Notes under the pieces: model-generated
Database searches by the model: none
What the model saw: the letters and a program-made list of their open reading frames with translations, nothing else
Told to the model about the DNA's origin: nothing
In this document: piece after piece, positions 33,346-43,211 of the stretch
Layout of the letters: every line of letters starts with the position of its first letter
Position numbering within the stretch: the stretch's first letter is position 1
NCBI GenBank assembly: GCA_963699545.1
Contig: CAVOUE010000003.1
Coordinates: forward strand, 608,001 to 672,000
DNA: 64,000 nucleotides
Origin: Nitrospirota bacterium
GTDB lineage: Bacteria > Nitrospirota > Thermodesulfovibrionia > Thermodesulfovibrionales > UBA9159
Direction: 5' to 3'
Translations under genes and position numbers: made by a program

Positions 33346-34853
33346 ATGCCCAGTGAGATCCTCATCAATGTTACCCGTGAAGAGATAAGAGTCGGATTGC
33401 TTGAAGGCGGTCAGGTGGTCGAGTTTTATGTGGAGAGGAAAAGGGATGCAAGCCTTGTGGGGAATATCTATAAGGGGAAGGTGGTAAAGATACTGCCGGG
33501 CATGCAGTCGGCGTTTGTGGACGTGGGCCTTGAAAAGGCTGCGTTCCTCTATGTTGCCGATATCATCACGGAGATGGAAGACTACGCTCCTTTCCTGGAG
33601 GAAGAGGACAAGAGCAATTCCATAGAGCTTGTTCCGAGAAGGGGCAGACAGGACCTCCCCATAGAGGAGCTTATACAGGACGGCCAGGAAGTGCTGGTAC
33701 AGGTTCTCCAAGGACCCCATGGGCAGCAAAGGCGCCAGGGTCACTTCCTATGTCACCATGCCGGGACGCTACCTTGTGCTTATGCCGAGCCTGGAGCATA
33801 TCGGCATATCAAGAAGAATATCGGATGAAACAGAGCGTGCCAGACTGCGCAGCATCGTGGAGGCGATCAAGCCCAAGGGGTATGGCCTCATCATAAGGAC
33901 CGCCAGTGAGGGGTGCACCGAGGAGGAACTCAAGAAAGACCAGGAGTTCCTGCTGCTGTTGTGGGAGAACATCCAGAAGAAACGCGACAGGATGGTGGCC
34001 CCCTGTTCTCCTATACAGCGACCTTGATCTCGCCTTCAGGAGCGTTCGCGACCTCATGAGCCAGGACGTGGAAAGGCTCGTGATCGATGCAGAGGAGGAG
34101 TACGAAAGGATCAAGGAATTTGTGAACACCTATTTCCCGAAGCTTCTCTCAAAGATAGAACTCTACGGGGAGGGGGAACCTATTTTCGAGGCCTTCGGAG
34201 TGGAAGTCGATATCTCGCGGGCTCTCGGGAGAAAGGTCTGGCTGAAGTCGGGCGGATACATCGTCATCGACCAGACAGAGGCGATGACGGTGATCGACGT
34301 CAACACGGGAAAGTTCGTGGGAAAAGAAGACCTCGAAGATACCATCTTCAAGACGAACCTGGAGGCGGTGAAGGAGATCGCATACCAGATAAGGCTGAGA
34401 AACCTGGGGGGCATCATCATCATCGACTTCATCGATATGGAGAGACTGGAGAACAGGGAAAAGGTTTTTAATGCATTCCTGGAGGCGATGAAGAGGGATA
34501 GGGCGAAGAATACCATACTCCATATCTCCGAACTCGGTCTCATCCAGATGACGCGGAAGAGGGTGAGGGAGAGCCTCGGGAGAGTGCTCTGTGAACCGTG
34601 CTCCTATTGCGAAGGCAAGGGATTTGTGAAGTCCCCCCGGACCCTGTGTTATGAAATATTCAGGAAGATCTCGAAGCTTGCGAGACACGGCGGAGAAAAG
34701 ATCATCGTCACTGCCCATCCCCAGGTGGCTGAACTCCTGTCGGATGAGGAGAGGACAAGTCTTGAGGACATAGAGAACATATACGGAGTAAAGGTCATCG
34801 TCAGAGAAGACAGCAAGCTCCATCAGGAAAATTATGAAGTGGTGAAGCTGTGA
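33346..34853 (+). pseudogene. rng: Ribonuclease G/E family, two frameshifts (near 33705 and 34005)
   Basis: S1 domain GNIYKGKV..LPGMQSAFVD, KGARVT, DVNTGKF, RLRNLGGIIIIDFIDM, CxxCxGxG. Confidence 0.9.
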
Positions 34854-35680
34854 ACACCGGATGCCCCCCAGCGCCGAAACTCACCCTCCTCACCGACATC
34901 CTTAAGGAAATGCAGAGCGCCGTTGTCGCCTATTCGGGCGGTGTTGACAGCACCTTTCTCCTCAAGGCCGCAGCGCTGTCGGGCATAAGGACCCTCGCGG
35001 TGACGGGGGTTTCTCCTACCATGCCCGAGCAGGATTTCCTTGACGCCGGTGAAGTTGCCCAACTGGTGGGTATTCCTCACCGTGTGATTAAGACAGCGGA
35101 AGTTGACAGCGATGATTTCAGAAAGAACCCCCCTGACAGATGTTACTACTGCAAGAGCGAGCTCTTCGGGAGACTCAAAGGTATCGCCGAATCAGAAGGC
35201 TACCGGCACGTCGTCGACGGAAGCAATCTTGATGACCTTGATGACTGGAGACCCGGGAGGCGGGCTGCTTCGGAATATGACGTGAGAAGTCCCCTGATAG
35301 AGGCGGGATTAAGGAAGGAGGACATACGCTCTCTTTCCCGGGAGCTGGACCTCCCCACGTGGAACAAGCCGTCCTCGCCGTGCCTTTCTTCAAGGTTCCC
35401 TTATGGAGAACCCATAACCCTTGGTGCGCTGAAACGGGTGGGGGCGGCCGAGAAATTCCTGCTGTCCCTTGGTTTTAGGGAGCTCAGGGTAAGGCATCAT
35501 GGCGATACCGCACGGATCGAGCTCAGGGAAGAGGATATCTCAGAAATGCTCAAACCGGATATCAGGAGGCTCGTCACGGAAAAGCTCAGGGCCCTGGGGT
35601 ATACGTTCATCACCCTTGACCTCGAGGGGTTCAGAAGCGGAAAGATGAATATTCTGAAGACCGGCCTTAATGTTAAATGA
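34850..35680 (+). CDS. larE: ATP-dependent sacrificial sulfur transferase LarE family
   Basis: PP-loop SGGVDS, RCYYCK, KPSSPCLSSRFPYG, RVRHH, DLEGFRSG. Confidence 0.88.
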   Translation: MNTGCPPAPKLTLLTDILKEMQSAVVAYSGGVDSTFLLKAAALSGIRTLAVTGVSPTMPEQDFLDAGEVAQLVGIPHRVIKTAEVDSDDFRKNPPDRCYYCKSELFGRLKGIAESEGYRHVVDGSNLDDLDDWRPGRRAASEYDVRSPLIEAGLRKEDIRSLSRELDLPTWNKPSSPCLSSRFPYGEPITLGALKRVGAAEKFLLSLGFRELRVRHHGDTARIELREEDISEMLKPDIRRLVTEKLRALGYTFITLDLEGFRSGKMNILKTGLNVK

Positions 35681-35894
35681 AGGATACGTCAGAAGGATTG
35701 AAGAGTCCAGCCAGAAAGTAGCACTGCGCGGAGCGCTTTCACAATTTTACTTTCAGCCACAAAGTCGCATTTCTGGATGGGTTGAATATCTCACGATTTA
35801 CAGGTAAAAGATATATTTCTGAACGTATTTCAGTCTCCACAAATAACTCTTTCCTTAACGGCCCATAATCCTGTAAAATCTATTACATCGGGCC

Positions 35895-36326
35895 ATGTCG
35901 AAAACATCTCCAAAGAACGGCAACCGGGATATCTCCTCAATCATGAGAAAAGTGCGCTCCACCGATACGTCGCCAGAGTTAGCCCTGCGCCGTGCGCTTG
36001 CCGAAAAGGGCCTGCATCTTAGTAAGAATGGCGCTGATGTTCTGCCGGGGAAACCCGATATTGTGTTGCCTGGAGAGCGCATCGCCATTTTTGTCGACGG
36101 GGATTTCTGGCATGGAGGCCAATGGAGGAAAAGAAGACTTGCCTCTTTGGAGAAGCAGTTTGAAGAAACGCCCCAAAAGGATTATTGGGTGACCAAAATC
36201 AGGCGTAATGTGAACAGGGATTTTGGCAATACGAAAAAGCTCCTCGACGAGGGCTGGAGAGTAATCCGCTTTTGGGAGAGTCAGATCGGGAAGGATTTGG
36301 AGAACTTGCGTCAGGATCACCCTTGA
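35895..36326 (+). CDS. vsr: Very-short-patch repair endonuclease Vsr (probably the N-terminal domain of a fusion with the downstream MTase)
   Basis: MRKVRSTDTSPE, PGKPDIV, FVDGDFWHG, YW..KI.RN..RD, GWRVIRFWE. Confidence 0.9.
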   Translation: MSKTSPKNGNRDISSIMRKVRSTDTSPELALRRALAEKGLHLSKNGADVLPGKPDIVLPGERIAIFVDGDFWHGGQWRKRRLASLEKQFEETPQKDYWVTKIRRNVNRDFGNTKKLLDEGWRVIRFWESQIGKDLENLRQDHP

Positions 36327-36342
36327 AGCCTCAAAGAAGAAA

Positions 36343-37542
36343 TTGAAATCGGATGTTTGCTCTATAGTTCCTAACAGGACCGTAGCGGAATTCTTTGCGG
36401 GCATTGGGCTGATGCGCGTAGGGTTAGAACGGAAAGGATGGACGGTCTTATTTGCGAATGACATAGACGCTCAAAAATGTGAGATGTACAGAGATCATTT
36501 CCCAGACGCCGACAATCATCTCGTATGCGGCGACATTCATCATCTGAAGGTCGAACGTATCCCTTCTGTCACGCTGGCTACTGCCTCATTCCCCTGCAAC
36601 GACTTGTCGCTCGCTGGGGCAAGAAAAGGTCTTCACGGTAAGGAGTCCTCAGCCTTTTGGGGGTTTATCGGCGCGCTTGAGAATATGAAGAACCGAAGAC
36701 CGCCAATCGTGCTTTTGGAGAATGTGACAGGGTTTCTTTCCTCTCATAAAGGGAATGATTTCAGGCAGGCATTACTCGCCTTGAATAGACTCGGTTATAC
36801 GACGGACGCGTTTATTTTGGACGCCGCCATGTTCGTGCCACAAAGCAGGCAACGGCTCTTCGTTGTCGGTATCCTTGAAGCCTGCATTCCCTCAAACGAG
36901 GTGAGGGAGCAACTGAGCTTTTATGAAAGTCCGGTCAGACCTCCGGCCCTGGCCGATTTTATTTTCCAAAAAACCGGGATAAATTGGAATATTAGAACAT
37001 TGCCAGCGCCGCCTACGAGGAAGATTTCTCTTACTGATATTCTCGATGATCCGGGTGAGACGTCACCCGAGTGGTGGAACGCTGAACGCGCCGAATATCT
37101 TTTGAATCAAATGAGCCCCCGACATCGGGAGATGGCCGAGCGGATGATCCGTGGAAGGCGATATTCATATGGAACCGTCTTCAGGCGTATTCGCAATGAC
37201 AGGTCAATGGCCGAGTTGCGGACAGACGGCGTTGCAGGATGTCTGCGGACACCTCGCGGAGGGAGCGGCAGACAGATACTCTTTAAAGCTGGCAAAGGGA
37301 AATATTTTGCCAGGCTTCTCAATCCCAGGGAGTGCGCCCGGTTGATGGGCGCCGATGACTTTATCATTAAGGCGCCGCTCAATCAGGCGCTGTTTGGTTT
37401 CGGCGACGCCGTCTGTGTGCCTGTTATCGAGTGGCTCGCGGAATACTACCTGAATCCAGTGGTAAACGAGCTCATGAAGGGAAGACCATTGACGCCTTAC
37501 GTTGTCGGTAGAGAACGGAGGCATAGTGAAAAAAACGCTTGA
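36343..37542 (+). CDS. DNA (cytosine-5)-methyltransferase
   Basis: FFAGIG, catalytic SFPCND, ENV, PQSRQRLF, RECARLMG motifs. Confidence 0.93.
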   Translation: MKSDVCSIVPNRTVAEFFAGIGLMRVGLERKGWTVLFANDIDAQKCEMYRDHFPDADNHLVCGDIHHLKVERIPSVTLATASFPCNDLSLAGARKGLHGKESSAFWGFIGALENMKNRRPPIVLLENVTGFLSSHKGNDFRQALLALNRLGYTTDAFILDAAMFVPQSRQRLFVVGILEACIPSNEVREQLSFYESPVRPPALADFIFQKTGINWNIRTLPAPPTRKISLTDILDDPGETSPEWWNAERAEYLLNQMSPRHREMAERMIRGRRYSYGTVFRRIRNDRSMAELRTDGVAGCLRTPRGGSGRQILFKAGKGKYFARLLNPRECARLMGADDFIIKAPLNQALFGFGDAVCVPVIEWLAEYYLNPVVNELMKGRPLTPYVVGRERRHSEKNA

Positions 37543-38473
37543 GTTGTTTGAGGCCTGGTACAGTCATCTGCCGATTCATAAGGCAAGCGGCGGTCCTGCC
37601 AAAGGGACCATAGCAGCGGCCCTCGTAGTATTGGAACGATTAAGAGAAGATTATCGGCTTAAGATAGAAGCCCACACAGCGCAAGGCGGCGCACAGCTCA
37701 GCGGCGCGAGCGGGCAGGCTGTGAAAAAGATTCTTGCAAGATTTGGAGAAACAAGACCCTTTGCAAAAGAAGGAGGGCGTACAAATAGGGGAGGGCCGGG
37801 CGATATCAAGAAGATGCTTCAGGCCCTTAAGAAGGCAAATCTCGAAAAGCTTGCCGCTGAGAGGCGAAATGAAATCTTGAACGAGATGCAACGGTTTCTT
37901 GTCGGAAAGGTCGTTGAGTTTCATAATCGTGAACGCATAAAGATGGTATATGATCCGTCAAAGAGCACATGGCAAAATATTCAGGGGTTGTTATCAGCGG
38001 CCCGGGAAACCGGGAAAGAGGGACCAGTGGCCCAGCATCTCGTCGGGGCTAAACTCCAGTTGAGATTTCCGGATATTGCGGTCGGCAATGAATCCTACAG
38101 CACCGCAGATGAGCAGTTGGGCAGACCCGGCGACTTCTATATCGGTGACACGGCTTTCCACGTGACCGTCGCGCCGATGGGTCCGGTTTATGAAAAATGC
38201 AAGGATAACCTTGAAAATGGATATCGGGTCTATCTTTTAGTGCCGGAAAGGGCTGTGACGGGGGCCAGACAAAACGCTGAGCTTATGGTGCCAGGACGTA
38301 TCGCGGTAGAGTCCATCGAGTCTTTTGTTGGGCAGAACATTGAGGAGTTGTCATTTTTTACGCGGGACAAACTGAAGAATGGGTTCAGACGACTTCTTGA
38401 GACCTATAACGACCGCGTCGACGCTGCTGAGACCGATAAGTCGATGTTGGTTGAGATACCGAGGAATTTGTGA
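37502..38473 (+). CDS. DUF4928-like protein, putative cognate restriction endonuclease
   Basis: EGGRT, GPVAQHLVGAKL.LRFP, ADEQ.GR.GDF.IG..AFHVT and YN.RV...ETD.S..IE recalled as DUF4928-like. Overlaps the MTase end. Start may be GTG 37526. Confidence 0.65.
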   Translation: MSVENGGIVKKTLELFEAWYSHLPIHKASGGPAKGTIAAALVVLERLREDYRLKIEAHTAQGGAQLSGASGQAVKKILARFGETRPFAKEGGRTNRGGPGDIKKMLQALKKANLEKLAAERRNEILNEMQRFLVGKVVEFHNRERIKMVYDPSKSTWQNIQGLLSAARETGKEGPVAQHLVGAKLQLRFPDIAVGNESYSTADEQLGRPGDFYIGDTAFHVTVAPMGPVYEKCKDNLENGYRVYLLVPERAVTGARQNAELMVPGRIAVESIESFVGQNIEELSFFTRDKLKNGFRRLLETYNDRVDAAETDKSMLVEIPRNL

Positions 38474-38533
38474 GGGAGGAGAATCAATAACAACGCCTTG
38501 CCAATGAAAGAAGTGGTCCACTTTCTGTACGCA

Positions 38534-38561
38534 AGGAAATTAACTAGAGGAAATTAACTAG
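38534..38561. repeat. Tandem 14-bp direct repeat AGGAAATTAACTAG x2
   Basis: Read directly. Abuts a TAGGGACACATCCC motif. Confidence 0.85.
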
Positions 38562-38688
38562 GGACACATCCCGTTTTCTCTCCCCAGCAGACTCTCAACG
38601 TTACTAAAGGAAATAGAAACACTTTGGACTTCCCCCGGTTTGATAGACAGATTTAAAGGTACAATTGGAAGCAACAGAGGAGGTGTCT

Positions 38689-38973
38689 ATGTCGAATCGG
38701 AAGTACACAGAGGAGTTCAAGGCTGAGGCAATCAAGCAGGTGACAGAGCGGGGCTACAAGGTCCAGGAAGTATGTGAGAGGTTGGGGATATCGAGCAAGA
38801 GCCTGTACCTGTGGCTGCGATTAGCGAGGAAGAGTAATGGCAAGCACGGTCAGGGCAGCGACAATGAGCTGAAACAGGAGATCGTGCGGCTGAAGTCGGA
38901 GCTAAAGCGAGTCGAAGAGGAGCGAGACATACTAAAAAAGGCCGCCGCGTACTTTGCCAAGGCATCCCGGTAA
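38689..38973 (+). CDS. IS3 transposase OrfA (HTH)
   Basis: RKYTEEFKAEAIK...EERDILKKAAAYFA. A6G slippery site near 38934-38940. Confidence 0.9.
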   Translation: MSNRKYTEEFKAEAIKQVTERGYKVQEVCERLGISSKSLYLWLRLARKSNGKHGQGSDNELKQEIVRLKSELKRVEEERDILKKAAAYFAKASR

Positions 38974-39836
38974 GGTACGCGTTCATCAGGGATCATCGGC
39001 AGGAGTTTCGGGTGGTGTCGATGTGCCGGGTATTGAGGGTGCATAGAAGCGGATATTATGCGTGGATAAAGAACCAGATGTCTGCCAGGCAGAAAGAGGA
39101 TCACCGACTGCTGGGGTTGATCCGGGGATTTCATGAGGCAAGCGACGGATCTATGGCAGCCCCCGGATAACAAGGACTTGCGGGAAAGCGGGGAGCGGTG
39201 CGGGAAGAAACGGGTGGCGAGACTGATGAAGCAGGAAGGCTTAAGGGCAAAGGTTGGCTATAAGCGACCACGGTACAAGGCCGGCAAGCCTGCCTTTGTG
39301 GTTATGCAATCGGCTTGAACAGAACTTCGATGTGCCGAGACCAGATTACGCATGGGTAACGGATATCACCTATATCCGGACGTGGGAGGGATGGTTGTAT
39401 CTGGCAGTGGTGCTGGATCTGTTTTCAGGAATGGTGGTGGGTGGTCGATGAAGCCCACTCTGGCAGAGGGAACTCGTGCTGGATGCCTTGCTCATGGCTG
39501 TATGGCGACGTAAGCCGAAAGGCAAAGTGATTGTGCATTCGGATCAGGGCTCGCAGTACGGCAGCGATGACTGGATGAGGTTTTGCAGGGATCATAAGCT
39601 TGAACCCAGCATGAGCCGCAGAGGCAATTGTTATGACAATGCTGTTGCAGAGTCGTTTTTCAGTAGTCTCAAGAAGGAACGTATCAGACGGAGAATTTAT
39701 CGAAACAGGAGAAGAAGGACGATCAGATATCTTTGATTATATCGAGGTGTTCTACAACAGGACAAGGCGTCATAGCTATCTGGGACAGGTCAGCCCCTAT
39801 GAGTTTGAAAAGGCGGCTGCCTGTGGTAGTCTATGA
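38970..39836 (+). pseudogene. IS3 transposase OrfB (DDE integrase core), fragmented by several frameshifts
   Basis: [29 protein letters not shown] and YNRTRRHS lie in different frames. Confidence 0.85.
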
Positions 39837-40281
39837 GTGTCTACTGAACCGGGGGAACTCCACTCGAATTAATAAATAAGAACGAAATTATGCCGATTAT
39901 TACTAAGTAAATGATACGTAGTTATTTCGCTTAGCCTGTTGCCATTCGCCCCGTAGTGCTTCTGCGCTGGGCAAGGCAGCCTGCTCCTTTTTTTCCCGTC
40001 CATCAAATAAGCCATCTTGGGAAAAAAACGGAGGAATGTTACAGGAAGGCATCGAGAAGCATGAGGGATCCTCTCGTGTGACAGTTATGTTTGGTAATCA
40101 GTGTTATCAGCAATTGGTCTCAGGTGTGGATTATCAGGTGAATTTAAGCCTTCAGATAGCGAACAATATCTTTCACGCAGACCCTTTTCGTCGCGGTCTC
40201 CTCGGCGAATCCGTCTGCGTGCAGACCGGCGAGAGCGATTCAGCCGGGCAGAGGACCCTGGAACCCTTGAATCCTGTCTAT

Positions 40282-40527
40282 TTACTCGACTGCCACAAAG
40301 GTTTCGGTCCGGTTTATCCCTTTGATCTTTCGTATCTTTTGAAAAATCTTGTCAAAGATCTCCCTGGTATCCTTGCCCTCGATCACCGCGGCGATGTCGT
40401 AATGTCCGGTCACCACATCTGCGCTCACCACTCCCCTTATCCCCCTCAGGGTGTCTCTGATGAAAACATCCTTGCCCGGTAAGACATTTACAAGCAGGTA
40501 CACTCGTGCCATAGGGACCTCCTTCAC
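40282..40527 (-). CDS. Lrp/AsnC ligand-binding domain protein (no HTH)
   Basis: VYLLVNV.PG...VTGHYDIAAVI...IRKIKGINRTET. Confidence 0.8.
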   Translation of the reverse strand: MKEVPMARVYLLVNVLPGKDVFIRDTLRGIRGVVSADVVTGHYDIAAVIEGKDTREIFDKIFQKIRKIKGINRTETFVAVE

Positions 40528-40577
40528 GCAGCAGTATTCACTAAGAGTATAGAGGGTTTAGCGGAAAATACAAAGAA

Positions 40578-43211
40578 CTAATTCTTTGAGGCTGTTTTAT
40601 ACCGCTCCCTGATAAAGGCCAGCTCGTCTTCTCTGGTCTTCAGGTTTCCCCGCAGCCGCTCATCCAGGAGCGTCTCCAGCATCTCGGAATAGAGAGGGCC
40701 TGGCGTGATACCCATCTCCTTGATGTCTTGGCCCGTGCATAGGGGTTTGACCTTCCTCAGTTCAATGAGGTACCTGGAGATCTCCTTCTTCTTGCTATTA
40801 TCGGCGGCGACCGCCATGCCAAAGAGGATGGTCTCGATGTCGAGGGTGTGAAGGGCCTTATAGATCCTGGCGGGGTCGCGAAGCGGCAGCACCCTGACCA
40901 GTTCGCGGGAGTGCAGAATGCCCCTGCTGATCTTCTCCTTCATTTTGGAGGGCGTGGAAAGTCGTGCAAAGGCTGTTTCCCTCTCATCCGCGCTGAGGGT
41001 GGAGAGCAGCGCCATGAGGTATATGTCGCCCTTATCGGGCTTCTCCTCGAGGAAGAGAAGAGTACACCATGAGAGGGTATCGTGGATGGATTGAAGGGCT
41101 GATTCCAGTCTCTCGTCAAAAAGAAGGTGCGGGTGGATCATCTTCAGCAGGCCGTATTCGGAGAGCCTCTTTATGGCTTTCACCGGCTCCGTCTCACTGA
41201 AGGTGAGGAGCAATTCCTCATAGAGCCGTGAACCTGAGAGCTTGTCGAACAGGTTCATCCTGAGGGCTGATCTGATGAGGTTCTCCGTATGCTTGCTCAG
41301 TTTGAAACCGAACCTTTCGGAGAACCTCACTGCCCTGAAGGCCCTGGTGGGATCTTCAATGAAACTCAGGTTGTGGAGCACGCGGATGGTCTTTTCCCTC
41401 AGATCGCGCTGGCCCCCAAAAAAGTCAATGAGGAGGCCGAAGTCCCTGGGATTCAGCGCTACGGCAAGGGTGTTGATGGTAAAGTCCCGCCGGTAGAGGT
41501 CCTTCTTAATGGAAGAGGTTTCCACGGTGGGAAGAGCAGCGGGAGATTCATAATATTCGGTTCTCGCCGTTGCCACATCAAGCTTCAGGCGGTCCGTCAT
41601 GATCTGAGCTGTGCCGAATCTCTCGTGCGTCCTGACCCTGACCTCGAGCCTCCGTCCGAATTCCTTCGCGAATGCGATGCCGTCTCCCTCAATAACGATG
41701 TCGATGTCCAGGTTCTCCTGTCCCCGCAGGAGATCCCTCACCGAGCCGCCTACCAGATAAGCCCTGAACCCCAGGCCATCAGCCACTTCACCGGCAAGCT
41801 TGAGCATGTCGGAGACTGACGGAGGGAATTTTTCCCTGACCCAGGTCGCCAGGTTCCTTCCCATGGACGGCTTCTCCCCTGCGGGTAACTGTAATCTGCT
41901 GCGCCTGAGCATATCTTCATAGAGGATCCTGAGGATGTCGGTCCTGGTGATGGCGCCCATGATCCTGTCGCCTTCCAGGACAGGCATGAAGCGCTGGTTC
42001 TGTTCTATCATCAGCCGTTCGATATCCCTCACCTGGGTGTCGTGACTGACCGTCTGCGCATCCGTGGTCGTGAAATCTGCCACGGTGCTTTTGCCGAAGC
42101 CATGGAATATGGCCTTCTCCACGATCTCCCTCGAAATGATCCCGCGGTATTTCCCGTCCCTGACCACAGGGAGAACGTTCACACCGTACCGCGTCATCAT
42201 GGATTCCGCATTCTTCACTGTGTCGCTCCAGGATATGGTGATGACCGGTGTGGTCATCACATCCCGGGCGTTCTTGCCATGACGGATGGATGACGTGATC
42301 AGTCTCTTCACCTCGTCTTCCACAACCTCCAGGGGGATCTCCTTTACGATGGCGGATGCCGCACCGGCATGACCACCCCCGCCGAACCTTTTCATCACCT
42401 CCGCCACGTCAAGCTCCGGGACCCTGCTTCTGCCCACCATCACGATCTTCCCCTGCATGCCGAGAAGGAGTACAAGGGCGTCAGTGTCTTCCATATCCAT
42501 GATCCGGTGGGCGAAGTGTGCTGCATCTCCCACATAATCCTCCCTGGATGCCTTTACGATCTTCGTCCGTATGCCGTCAATCTCCATATCGGCGGATGAC
42601 TTCAGGAATTCGTTGAGCAGATCAAGTTCCTCCTTGCTCAACTCGGTCTTGAGGAAACTGGACACGATCTTCAGGCTCGCTCCCCTCTTGAGGAGGGATG
42701 CAATGGCAAGGATGTCCCGTTCAGTGGTGGAGGGGAAGAGGAGAGAACCTGTCTCTTCATAGATCCCGAGACAGAGGATGGTCGCCTCCATAGGGGTTAT
42801 GGGGATCTTCCTTGATCTCAGTATCTCGGCAAATATCGTTGCTGTGGCGCCCACATCCTCGATCACCTCGACGGAACCGCGGATATCCCCCTTTGTCCGG
42901 GGATGGTGGTCATAGATGTGGACCGCCGGACCGCCGGGCTTCGACACAAGCTCAGCAAAGGGGCCGATCCTTTCGGGGGACTTGGTGTCAACGATGATAA
43001 GCCTTTTCACCTTGAAGAGATCCACGTCCTTGCTGCGATGTATCTCCATGGGCCGGAAAGCGGTTATGAAATCCCGCACCTTTTTTTCCTGTGAACCCGG
43101 GAAGACAATCCAGGCATCGGGGTAAAGCTTCGCCGCTGCCATCATGGACGCGAGTGCGTCGAAATCAGCGTTGGTATGTGAGGTTAGTATGTCTTCACCG
43201 CCGCTCATCAC
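40578..43211 (-). CDS. DHH-CBS-nucleotidyltransferase (tRNA CCA/A-adding enzyme type)
   Basis: H.NADFD, DHH, GGGGH, two CBS domains, VGGSVRD, DID, RRDFTIN, EDPTR. Confidence 0.9.
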   Translation of the reverse strand: MMSGGEDILTSHTNADFDALASMMAAAKLYPDAWIVFPGSQEKKVRDFITAFRPMEIHRSKDVDLFKVKRLIIVDTKSPERIGPFAELVSKPGGPAVHIYDHHPRTKGDIRGSVEVIEDVGATATIFAEILRSRKIPITPMEATILCLGIYEETGSLLFPSTTERDILAIASLLKRGASLKIVSSFLKTELSKEELDLLNEFLKSSADMEIDGIRTKIVKASREDYVGDAAHFAHRIMDMEDTDALVLLLGMQGKIVMVGRSRVPELDVAEVMKRFGGGGHAGAASAIVKEIPLEVVEDEVKRLITSSIRHGKNARDVMTTPVITISWSDTVKNAESMMTRYGVNVLPVVRDGKYRGIISREIVEKAIFHGFGKSTVADFTTTDAQTVSHDTQVRDIERLMIEQNQRFMPVLEGDRIMGAITRTDILRILYEDMLRRSRLQLPAGEKPSMGRNLATWVREKFPPSVSDMLKLAGEVADGLGFRAYLVGGSVRDLLRGQENLDIDIVIEGDGIAFAKEFGRRLEVRVRTHERFGTAQIMTDRLKLDVATARTEYYESPAALPTVETSSIKKDLYRRDFTINTLAVALNPRDFGLLIDFFGGQRDLREKTIRVLHNLSFIEDPTRAFRAVRFSERFGFKLSKHTENLIRSALRMNLFDKLSGSRLYEELLLTFSETEPVKAIKRLSEYGLLKMIHPHLLFDERLESALQSIHDTLSWCTLLFLEEKPDKGDIYLMALLSTLSADERETAFARLSTPSKMKEKISRGILHSRELVRVLPLRDPARIYKALHTLDIETILFGMAVAADNSKKKEISRYLIELRKVKPLCTGQDIKEMGITPGPLYSEMLETLLDERLRGNLKTREDELAFIRERYKTASKN

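Larger units (their letters stand above)
38625..39862 (+). mobile_element. IS3-family insertion sequence (~1.24 kb)
   Basis: TG...CA ends. 25-bp terminal inverted repeats TGGACTTCCCCCGGTTTGATAGACA vs TGGAGTTCCCCCGGTTCAGTAGACA (21/25 identical). orfA/orfB organisation. No exact target-site duplication (CTT vs CTC). Confidence 0.92.

Noticed and set aside
34850-35680. Complete lactate racemase (lar) cofactor pathway
   Set aside because: Only larE is present here, and stand-alone larE homologues are common.
38620-39866. Target-site duplication of the IS3 element
   Set aside because: Flanks are CTT and CTC, not an exact duplication, so none is claimed.
40036-40482. 148-aa plus-strand ORF
   Set aside because: Overlaps the better-supported Lrp/AsnC-domain gene on the opposite strand and has no motifs.
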